From the NCBI GenBank assembly GCA_002269645.1, contig NIVC01000024.1, positions 434,001 to 498,000 on the forward strand: a DNA stretch of 64,000 nt. Direction: 5' to 3'. Each line of letters opens with the position of its first letter. Position 1 is the first letter of the stretch. Source of the DNA: Macrostomum lignano (lineage: Eukaryota). The notes below the pieces were generated by a model, which saw only the letters and a list, made by a program, of their open reading frames with translations, had not been told where the DNA came from and made no database searches. Shown piece by piece: positions 1 to 11,178 of the stretch. A program made the position numbers and the translations under genes.

Positions 1-278
1 CACTTTTGACGCCTTAAATGTGGAAATTTTGGAGCATTTGATGTCTGTTTTGGAGCATTTGATGTCTGTTTGGAGCATTTGATGTATTTTGGAGCCTTTT
101 ATGTCTATTTCGGCGCCATGATGACTTATTTTGTACCTAGAATCTCATTAGCAAGTTGTTAAAATGTAAAAATCTTTAAACATTCCGAATAATCAAACAG
201 CCAATCAAATCAGTTTTCTCACAAGGACCACTAGAATGTTATAGTCTATTTCTGGTCTAGTAGTCCTTGGTTTCTCAC

Positions 279-592
279 CTGGCCAGGCCCAAGTCCAAAG
301 TGTGGTAATCAAAGGCCCGCTCGTATTCTCCCAGATGAAAATATGCGTTGCCCAGCTGGCTGTACACAGCCGACAGAACTCGACGATTTTTCCCAATTCC
401 ACCATCGAGTGCCGCTAGCAGCAGCTGCTGGCCGCGCCTGTGCTCACCAGCTTTGCACAGCTGCTCGCCCTCTAAAGCCAGTTCGAGACACTTTTGTTGA
501 TCAAGTCCACCGGCCGACTTAGGGCTGGCAGCGCTGGTGCCATGCTGGTCACCAGTGCCCAGTTTTGGCTTGACAGCCACTGAATTATTTGC
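279..592 (-). CDS. GPSM2: N-terminal TPR exon of G-protein signalling modulator (GPSM1/2, LGN/AGS3/pins family); gene continues beyond the left window edge
   Basis: CLELALEGEQLCKAG...LSAVYSQLGNAYFHLGEYERAFDYHTLDLGLAR matches the first TPRs of the LGN/AGS3/Pins family. Acceptor tttcag| before 592 (phase 0), donor AG|gtgag after 279. No in-frame Met in the exon. Confidence 0.88.
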
Positions 593-2294
593 CTGAAAGA
601 AGTATTGCAACAAGCTCAGCTAAACTTATTATTTAATTTAATAAAATAGCTAAAACATTAAACAAGACATTTTAACTTTTATAAAGCTAATAGAAAATGA
701 TTCTGTTAGCAAAAAATTCACTTTGTTAATCACATTTAATGAGTCAATGTGCAATTACTGGTTAAAATTGTGATATGGAGAACATATTTTTAGTTATAAC
801 TAGGGATAGTTTTAAAAAATACAAAATCAATCTAAAAGCTCAAAGCTCTGAAAGCTCAAATCAATCTCAAAATCAACCGTTAATTTTAATGCGGTTGTTT
901 CAGAAATGCATATATATAGACCGACTAGTAAATAAATTATAGCAAAGTACAACCATATATCTATAAATATAGATCATGTAGTCTAAAAATTAATCAACAC
1001 ATTGCTAGCATGATATGTGACAACTATATATATGACAACTTATATTTTTTTACTTCTTTTAATTCTAAGTTGGTCTTATAGAAAGGATAGGCTATGGCAT
1101 AATTAAATTTATCCTGTGATTTCTGTAAAAAAAATCATGTAATGCAGAAACTACGCCGACCGTAACTACATTATTCTGACCCCTATAAATTTTTCACATA
1201 AATATCGACCTTATTATTCTTAACTGAGATGCTACTTCTGATATATATACATACAAAATGGACGGACGGGCGGGCGGGGAATGAAGTTCTAAAATTTTAT
1301 AATTCTAGAAGAATGAAAATTCTAGCCGGTCCCGTGGTTTCGCTGAAAAAATAATACAAAATATCGCTATTTGATTTAACACTACCGATAAAACAAATCC
1401 TACAAAATTTTACTTTTGTGTTTGATTATATATACTTAAATCGTTTTTGTATAATTTAAACTAAGTTTCTGATGGTTTCTACACGTTAAAACAAACTTTA
1501 AACAATCTACAAGTTTCCTAGAACACTGAAGTTCCCACATAAGTAGTGAGTGGTCCACTTGTCGGATCGACTTATCGCTCGTCGGGGAATCCCTGCATAT
1601 CTAATGCTTATCTTTTAATGCTTGAATCTAATCTTTGCTACCTAATTTCAAAGCCAGGAGTTTGAATCAAGTCAGGATGGGCCTCAAGAAATTGGGACAG
1701 CTCAATCATTTATGGAGCTAAACTAAGACTAAGAGCCAGAGGGAGAGGCTTATCCCTATACAGGCAGATAGTTCAGATAGTTCAGAAATCATTGAAAAAA
1801 TAATTTAACGAACGAAACTTGAAGATTGCCCTACATTGTTCCATTATTATATGTAATTATGTGGCTTACACTTAAGCCAGGGCAGGATACAGACAGACAG
1901 CGGGAAGGTGTCGCTGGCTCGCTGCCCATTCTTCTAAGCAGCTAGGTGGATGGAGGTCGATGGTCGCCTGCCTGTGCACTGGGCTATATTTCTGAATATA
2001 TGCATTATAATAGAATTATATATAATTATAATAAATGTTAATATAGTTGTACACTGCATTGAAATAATAATAACTAGGCCTATGCTAATACATTACAGTT
2101 TAGTTTTACAATATTTAGTGACTAAAGCATATTTTGAGTTATTCTAGACTTATTCTAAAGCACATTCTAAAGCACATTCATACAAAAAATATATATATAT
2201 TTATATATTTCATATATAAAAATTATATGTATTATATATATGTATTATATATATATTATATATATGTATTTTAGTTACTAGGTTTAGCCTAGTA

Positions 2295-2580
2295 GGGGTT
2301 GTAGACTTGTAGCTTAGTGGTTAGAGTGTTGGACTTACAACTTAAAGGTTAGATTGGAGGTTCAATTCCTAATCTCATTAGAAGATACTCCTAGTCCTTG
2401 AGCAAGACACTTAACTCTATATTGCTTCAGTTCACCTAGCTGTAAAATAGGTATTAGCATTAGCTGGGATAATTAAAGGTATATAGCAACCCTCAGTCCT
2501 TCCTTAGACTGAATAGCCATATAATGATCCAGCCTTTGGATGTACTACATAATTAGCTATGGCTAAGCTATTGGTTGCAT
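2295..2580 (+). mobile_element. tRNA-derived SINE, copy A (heavily C>T/G>A mutated)
   Basis: A-box-like TAGCTTAGTGG and B-box-like GGTTCAATTCC, then CCTTGAGCAAGACACTTAAC...TTGCTTCAGTTCACCTAGCTGTAAAAT, resembling the conserved central domain of CORE/Meta-type SINEs. Colinear with 47544-47780. Confidence 0.75.
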
Positions 2581-2699
2581 ATTTGCTTGATAGGACAGGT
2601 GTAATGAATTAATATTATTATTATTATTATTATTTAATATTTTAGTCAATAATAACTAAATGTGCCTGATACACACCTGTGTGCCTATATGCCTGATAC

Positions 2700-3437
2700 A
2701 CACAAAGGAAGGGGTATCAGGCATACACAGGAAGGGCTATCAGGCACACAAAGCAAGGGGTGTCAGGCACACACAAGAAGGGGTATCAGACACACAAAGG
2801 AAAGGGTATCAGGCACACATAAGAATCTAAGGAATAGGTATCACTATCAGGCATACAAAGGAAGGGATATCAAGCACACAAAAGAAGGGGTATCAGGCAC
2901 GCAAAGGAAGGGGTATCAGGCACACACAGGAAGGGCTTTTAGGCACACAAAGGAAAGGGTATCAGGCACACACAGGAAGGGGTATCAGGCACACAAAGGA
3001 AGGGCTATCAGACACACAAAGGAAGGGCTATCAGGCACATAAAGGAAGGGCTATCAGGCATGCAAAGGAAGGGGTATCAGGCACACATAGGAAGGGGTAT
3101 CAGGCACACATAGGAATCTAAGGAATAGGTATCAGGCACACAAAGGAAGGGATATCAGGCACACAAAAGAAGGGGTATCAGGCACGCAAAGGAAGGTCTA
3201 TCAGGCACACAAAGGAAGGGGTATCAGGCACACAAAGGAAGGGGTATCAGACACACACAGGAAGGGCTATCAGACACATACAGGAAGGGCTATCAGACAC
3301 ACACAGGAAGGGCTATCAGGCACACACAAGAAGGGGGTATCAGGCACACACAAGAAGGGGTATCAGACACACACAGGAAGGGGTATCAGGCACACAGAGG
3401 AAGGGGTATCAGGCACACAGGAAGGGGTATCAGTCAC
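2700..3437. repeat. Minisatellite, ~23-25-bp unit (AGGAAGGGGTATCAGGCACACA)
   Basis: Directly visible degenerate tandem units. Confidence 0.9.
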
Positions 3438-4634
3438 TATTAGTATCAGATTGATGGTTCTGCAGCGGAAAAATCTATATATGGTAGCATTAGATAATTA
3501 ATTTACTATTCAATATTACATCACCATTGTGCACAAATTCAAAAGCAAATATAAAGCAATTGCATCATTATACATTTGTGCTATGTTTCAAGGTATCTTG
3601 CCAATCAATCTCTGCACTTCAAAGTCGTGTTTGTTTGTTTGGTTTTATATTTACGTGTTCGCTGTTCAGTGCTAGTGTGTGCAGCCTTGGTCAATTATAT
3701 AAAAGTTGTATAGAGTCTATGTACACTTGTACAGTTTATTATGGCTTGCTTGTCCGCCCAAATTTTTGCTTTTTTCTCGTTTGGTTTTCCTCTCTAGCCT
3801 ATAGCTTGGCCTTGACCTTGCCTTGCCTATCGATCGATAAAGCCTGCTTTTGCTTCACGTTCTTCACCGCCACTCCCGCCTCCGCAGCAAGGCTTGCATG
3901 GGGCTCAGCTCTCTCACCCCAACAACCCCCCATAAAAGCGACTAGCCAGTTTGTAAGTAGTGGACTGGAAGCCACGGTGCTAACCCGCCTTCTTAGGTCC
4001 CCCGAGTAAAAGCCTAGATGCTAAGTATACTGTACACACATAAAATATATTCTCTCTTCTATCTACTAATTTGCTTGTGCGTGCAAGGGGGGGGGGGAGG
4101 CAGCCCACTGTCTGTGAGCCAGTCTAAGCCCTAGGCTTGCTGGCTGGAGTCGATAAGGCTTTGCGGGGGAGGGAGTTAGGAGGGAAGGCAGGGAGAGGAT
4201 GGGGTGGGTCTTACGCAGGGGCAGACGGGGGAGAGGTTTTACCCATTCAGCCCTCCTTAGCCTCGGCTCCGCTCTCTTTCTCTCTCCCTCTCTCTCTCTG
4301 GCAAGCAGACGCGGAAATGGTGAGAATTTTGGCGGGGGTGAGCGAGCAAGGACAGAAGGGAAAGACAGCCAGAGATAGGAGGCGGTCTTAGCCCACACAA
4401 AGCTTCACCCACCCAAGTCCTGCGTACATTTTTAAGCTTACACATACACATACACAGCCTAATAAATGCCTAGCTAGGTATACAAGCTAAACAGAGAGAT
4501 ACTAAACCTAACACTCGCGCCTGCAGCAGTTAACAGACTATAATAAAACCTTATTTAACACTTTGATTGCTTCTTCTTTCCAGAAATCGATAAATAGTTC
4601 GATTTCATTTAATCAGAAAAGAATATCGATAGCT

Positions 4635-7600
4635 ATGAACTACCTGCTTGGCCTTTCTGCCGGTTCCTCAGCATTGGATCCTGCTATTGCTGCTACAAAC
4701 ATTGGTAATAATAATACTACTAACAATAATAGTATCGGCAGTAGTAACGGAAGCGGCAGTCGCAATCGTAGCAAATCCCGAGCTCGCTGCTGCGTGGCCG
4801 GCTGCAATCGTCGGGAAGGTGATCCCGGCTACAGTTTCCACAGATTCCCAACTGACATGGCGTTGCGAGCGAAATGGATCGCCGTGATTAACCAGCCTGG
4901 CTTCCATCCGGGCCAGAGTACCAGAATCTGCTCCAGGCATTTTGTGCGCAGCGATTTTGTTGCCAAGCAGACTGAGGAAGAGGAGGCGGCAGCTAATGCC
5001 GCTATTGCCGCTCTGTCGACGCCTCCAGGCTCGCCGACATCTACGCCGACGCCAATGCCGACGCCAAATAGGCGAAGGCGACTCTACCCCAATGCCGTGC
5101 CCAGCGTGTTCCGCGGTCGGCGGGTCCAGGCTCCTACTCGAAGTAGTATTTCTAGCGGCGTTTCACTGGCTAATCCTGTTATCGCTTATCAGCAGGGTGC
5201 CCTCCCTGCTTTTGGTGAGTGCCTCCCTAATCTGTCATTTGTGACTTTGCTGCCCCCTGAGATCCTCTGAGCTCCCCTAATCCTCCATTCGAGCTACCCT
5301 TAATTCTCCATTTGAGCTGCCCCTAATCCTCCATTTGAGCTGCCCCTAATCCTCCATTTTAACTGACCTAATCCTGTATTTGAACGAACCACAGCCCTAA
5401 TCCTTCCTAAAAACACCCCGATCTCTCTAGTAGCTCGTACTGCCATACGCATGCCACTTAATCCAATCGCCCCATCCACCGCAGCACTCCCTAACAACGG
5501 GCTGCAATTGGCGCCACTGACTCTGTGCTACAGCCAGCAGCAGCAGCAGCAGCCCACCACCAGCGCCAGCTCCGTGGGCGATGACACCAACACTGGAGAC
5601 GCCGAAGCCGATCGCCTCTCTGAACAGGACAACGAGCCTGCGGTTGAATGCAAAGTATTGAATCGGCTTCTAGATCAGGATGATGAAGACGAGATGCTGC
5701 CTGATGTTTGGTGAGTACTTTATTCCCTAATCTAGTCACTTTTTAACGCAAGAATCTCATGTGAGATTCCGCTATCCAAGTGAGAATCTCATGAGTTCAT
5801 TACTGATCTTATATGAGATTCCAATACTGATCTCATGTAAGATTCCAATTCTGATCTTATGTGAGATTCCATTCATGATCTCCTATGAGATTCCAATACT
5901 GATCTCATGTGAGATTCCAATTCTGATCTTATGTGAGATTCCATTCATGATCTCCTATGAGATTCCAATACTGATCTCATGTGAGATTCCAATTCTGATC
6001 TTATGTGAGATTCCATTCATTATCTCCTATGAGATTCCATTCATGATCTCCTATGAGATTCCAATACTGATCTCATGTGAGATTCCAATTCTGATCTTAT
6101 GTGAGATTCCATTCATGATCTCCTATGAGATTCCATTCATGATCTCCTATGAGATTCCAATACTGATCTCATGTGAGATTCAATTCTGATCTTATGTGAG
6201 ATTCCATTCATGATCTCCTATGAGATTCCATTCATGATCTCCTATGAGATTCCAATTCTGATCTCATGTGAGATTCCATTCATGATCTCCTATGAGATTC
6301 CATTCATGATCTCCAATGAGATTCCAATACTGATCTCATGTGAGATTCAATTCTGATCTTATGTGAGATTCCATTCATGATCTCCTATGAGATTCCAATA
6401 CTAATCTCATGTGAGATTCCAATTCTGATCTTATGTGAGATTCCATTCATGATCTCCTATGAGATTCCAATACTGATCTCATGTGAGATTCCAATTCTGA
6501 TCTTATGTAAGATTCCATTCATGATCTCCTATGAGATTCCAATACTGATCTCATGTGAGATTCCAATTCTGATCTTATGTGAGATTCCATTCATGATCTC
6601 CTATGAGATTCCAATACTGATCTCATGTGAGATTCCAATTCTGATCTTATGTGAGATTCCAATTCTGATCTTATGTGAGATTCCATTCATGATCTCCTAT
6701 GAGATTCCAATACTGATCTCATGTGAGATTCCAATTCTGATCTTATGTGAGATTCCATTCATGATCTCCTATGAGATTCCATTCATGATCTCCTATGAGA
6801 TTCCAATACTGATCTCATGTGAGATTCAATTCTGATCTTATGTGAGATTCCATTCATGATCTCCTATGAGATTCCATTCATGATCTCCTATGAGATTCCA
6901 ATTCTGATCTCATGTGAGATTCAATTCTGATCTTATGTGAGATTCCATTCATGATCTCCTATGAGATTCCAATACTGATCTCATGTAAGATTCCAATTCT
7001 GATCTTATGTGAGATTCCATTCATGATCTCCTATGAGATTCCAATACTGATCTCATGTGAGATTCCAATTCTGATCTTATGTAAGATTCCATTCGTGATC
7101 TCCTATGAGATTCCAATACTGATCTCATGTGAGATTCCAATTCTGATCTTATGTGAGATTCCATTCATGATCTCCTATGAGATTCCAATACTGATCTCAT
7201 GTGAGATTCCAATTCTGATCTTATGTGAGATTCCAATTCTGATCTTATGTGAGATTCCATTCATTATCTCCTATGAGATTCCAATACTGATCTCCTATGA
7301 GATTCCAATACTGATCTCATGTGAGATTCCAATACTGATATCATGTGAGATTCCAATACTGATCTAATGTGAGATTCCAATTCTGATCTCATGTGAGATT
7401 CCAATACTGATCTAATGTGAGATTCCAATACTGATCTAATGTGAGATTCCAATACTGATCTCATGTGAGATTCCATTCATGATCTCCTATGAGATTCCAA
7501 TACTGATCTCATGTGAGATTCCAATTCTGATCTTATGTGAGATTCCAATTCTGATCTTATGTGAGATTCCATTCATGATCTCCTATGAGATTCCAATACT

Positions 7601-8665
7601 GATCTCATGTGAGATTCCAATTCTGATCTTATGTGAGATTCCATTCATGATCTCCTATGAGATTCCATTCATGATCTCCTATGAGATTCCAATACTGATC
7701 TCATGTGAGATTCAATTCTGATCTTATGTGAGATTCCATTCATGATCTCCTATGAGATTCCATTCATGATCTCCTATGAGATTCCATTCATGATCTCCTA
7801 TGAGATTCCAATTCTGATCTCATGTGAGATTCCATTCATGATCTCCTATGAGATTCCATTCATGATCTCCTATGAGATTCCAATACTGATCTCATGTGAG
7901 ATTCAATTCTGATCTTATGTGAGATTCCATTCATGATCTCCTATGAGATTCCAATACTGATCTCATGTGAGATTCCAATTCTGATCTTATGTGAGATTCC
8001 ATTCATGATCTCCTATGAGATTCCAATACTGATCTCATGTGAGATTCCAATTCTGATCTTATGTAAGATTCCATTCATGATCTCCTATGAGATTCCAATA
8101 CTGATCTCATGTGAGATTCCAATTCTGATCTTATGTGAGATTCCATTCATGATCTCCTATGAGATTCCAATACTGATCTCATGTGAGATTCCAATTCTGA
8201 TCTTATGTGAGATTCCAATTCTGATCTTATGTGAGATTCCATTCATTATCTCCTATGAGATTCCAATACTGATCTCCTATGAGATTCCAATACTGATCTC
8301 ATGTGAGATTCCAATACTGATATCATGTGAGATTCCAATACTGATCTAATGTGAGATTCCAATTCTGATCTCATGTGAGATTCCAATACTGATCTAATGT
8401 GAGATTCCAATACTGATCTAATGTGAGATTCCAATACTGATCTCATGTGAGATTCCAATACTGATCTCATGTGAGATTCCAATACTGATCTCATGTGAGA
8501 TTCCAATACTGATCTCATGTGAGATTCCAATTCTGATCTCATGTGAGATTCCAATACTGATCTCATGTGAGATTCCAATTCTGATCTCATGTGAGATTCC
8601 CTCATTTTTCAAGTTCAAGTTTCTAATCCATTCTTGTTTATTGCAGTTCCATCGTCGATAAAACC

Positions 8666-8701
<36 letters not shown>

Positions 8702-8986
8702 CCAGCAGAAGCAGCAGCAACAGCAGACTCTGCTGCTTCTGCGTCTTCTTCTAGCAATCGCCGCCGCTCAAACGATAAATCAGACAAGGCAAAGGACGCC
8801 GAGGCCCGGGACCTGCGCCTCATCAGCCAGATTGTCCGGGTCGCTCTGGACCTGGACGACTCACAGAGCCGCCTGATTCGCGAGCTCGGCCGTCTCGCCC
8901 GCCGTCAGCGCCAGCAGGAGTCTCGGCTTGGCGAACTGGTCGACGAACTCACGAAGATTGTTGACGGCGCTACGGGTGCCAGTTGA
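4635..8986 (+). CDS. THAP zinc-finger protein A (3 exons, ~399 aa) with low-complexity middle and C-terminal coiled coil
   Basis: C2CH THAP motif CCVAGC...W...CSRHF...AVPSVF. Exons 4635-5214, 5431-5710 (NAGNAG alternative 5434) and 8647-8986; phases 1 and 2 match, both donors are gtgagt, stop TGA 8984-8986. Exon 3 reads SIVDKT(A)n...ELGRLARRQRQQESRLGELVDELTKIV, a frame the ORF track misses. Confidence 0.82.
5751..8600. repeat. Intronic minisatellite, 24-bp unit (GAGATTCCAATACTGATCTCATGT), with higher-order duplication
   Basis: Over 100 units inside intron 2 of THAP-A; source of the EIPILISC pseudo-ORFs. Confidence 0.95.
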
Positions 8987-9117
8987 GTGCTATTGAGGCA
9001 TTGGATAACTGCTATCAGCATTTTTATCGCTATATGCGTATCCTGGTAGCGGTAGAACTGCCGTCTCTGGTGTAGTCTAACTAATCTGTCATGTCTGAGT
9101 ACCTTCATCTGGTGATC

Positions 9118-9745
9118 TACTATCTGATCAACTCTACTTCTCACCTATCTACTATCTGACCCACTCTACTTCTCACCTATCTACTACTTCTCACCGATTT
9201 ACTATCTGACCCACTCTACTTCTCACCTATCTACTACTTCTCACCGATTTACTATCTGACCCACTCTACTTCTCACCTATCTACTATCTGACCCACTCTA
9301 CTTCTCACCTATCTACTACTTCTCACATATATACTATCTGATCAACTCTACTTCTCACCTATCTACTATCTGACCCACTCTACTTCTCACCTATCTATTA
9401 CTTCTCACCTATATAGTATCTGATCAACTCTACTTCTCACCTATATACTATCTGACCCACTCTACTTCTCACCTATATACTATCTGACCCACTCTACTTC
9501 TCACCTATCTACTATCTGACCCATTCTACTTCTCACCTATCTACTATCTGACCCATTCTACTTCTCACCTATCTACTATCTGACCCATTCTACTTCTCAC
9601 CTATCTACTATCTGACCCACTCTACTTCTCACATATCTACTATTCAACCCACTCTACTTCTAACCTATCTACTATCTGACCCACTCTACTTCTCACCTAT
9701 CTACTATCTCGCCCACTCTACCTCTCATTAGCTGTCTACTATCTG
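9118..9745. repeat. Minisatellite, ~32-bp unit (CTACTATCTGACCCACTCTACTTCTCACCTAT)
   Basis: Visible tandem units. Confidence 0.9.
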
Positions 9746-10225
9746 GTCCTCACAATCTTTGCTTCCGGTCTTAAAGAAAAAAAAATTTAATATATATTTC
9801 GGCAGTTTATTTATTTATTATTCGTTAATTAGTTGGTCTATTCATTGGTAGTCGTAATCGCGTTCGGTACGTTTTCCGATATAATTTATGCGAATATAGG
9901 TGTGTTAATAAATGGACACTTATATATTTTGTCACATTCGGTAAATTTATGCTTCTTTTATTGTTCTGTATTTATTAAACTTATTTAATTACTGTCTGAA
10001 TGTGCCTACTCGCAGTAGGGTTGTAAGCCTCCAAAATTTACCAATTGTTGGTAAGCTCTGTTTATTATAATTTATTATATTTGATCTTGGTTGATTATGG
10101 AATTACTGCTGTAGTATAATTGTGAGCAACTCAATGCTCGTTGCATTGCATGTTTTATTATTACCGCCTGTGGCGTGGCGCTTTCATTTGTTTTTTATTG
10201 TTAGGACATTTGACTGTGATGAACC

Positions 10226-11057
10226 ATCAGGGTAGATACCTCCCATGATCCATCAGGGTAGATACCTCCCATGATCCATCAGGATAGATACCTCCCATGA
10301 TCCATCAGGGTAGATACCTCCCATGATCCATCAGGATAGATACCTCCCATGATCCATCAGGATAGATACCTCCCATGATCCATCAGGATAGATACCTCCC
10401 ATGATCCATCAGGGTAGATACCTCCCATGATCCATCAGGATAGATACCTCCCATGATCCATCAGGATAGATACCTCCCATGATCCATCAGGGTAGATACC
10501 TCCCATGATCCATCAGGGTAGATACCTCCCATGATTCATCAGGATAGATACCTCCCATGATCCATCAGGGTAGATACCTCCCATGATCCATCAGGGTAGA
10601 TACCTCCCATGATCCATCAGGATAGATACCTCCGATGATCCATCAGGGTAGATACCTCCCATGATCCATCAGGATAGATACCTCCCATGATCCATCAAGA
10701 TAGATACCTCCGATGATCCATCAGTATAGATACCTCCCATGATCCATCAGGATAGATACCTCCCATGATCCATCAGGATAGATACCTCCCATGATCCATC
10801 AGGGTAGATACCTCCCATGATCCATCAGGATAGATACCTCCCATGATCCATCAAGATAGATACCTCCCATGATCCATCAGGATAGATACCTCCCATGATC
10901 CATCAGGATAGATACCTCCCATGATCCATCAGGGTAGATACCTCCCATGATCCATCAGGATAGATACCTCCCATGATCCATCAGGATAGATACCTCCCAT
11001 GATCCATCAGGATAGATACCTCCCATGATCCATCAGGGTAGATACCTCCCATGATTC
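10226..11057. repeat. Minisatellite, 26-bp unit (GATCCATCAGGATAGATACCTCCCAT)
   Basis: About 32 near-identical abutting units, no spacers. Confidence 0.95.
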
Positions 11058-11178
11058 AACTGGGTACCTACATCTAGCTTACTTTAGAAACCATAGGGGT
11101 AAGATTTAAGTGACCCTACAACTGAGTACAAGACCAACCGGCAAATGGAAGTTCACACTGTACTATATAATTCATGCT

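Noticed and set aside
1240-1350. Possible Helitron/DINE-like end (GGACGGACGGGCGG...CTAGCCGGTCCCGTGGTTTCGC)
   Set aside because: No second copy or clear hairpin terminus in the window to support it.
1560-1620. LIARRGIP resemblance to BEL/Pao integrase
   Set aside because: Only about 8 residues; the following SDN motif is absent.
5761-8720. EIPILISC and MESHMRSV ORFs
   Set aside because: Translations of an intronic satellite; the flanking exons join in frame across it.
8634-8876. Poly-Gln ORF in the track
   Set aside because: Wrong frame; splice phase puts THAP-A exon 3 in the poly-Ala frame that gives the coiled coil.
10226-11057. CRISPR-like appearance of the 26-bp array (also the 21-, 24- and 36-bp arrays)
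   Set aside because: Units abut with no unique spacers, no cas genes, and the context is eukaryotic.
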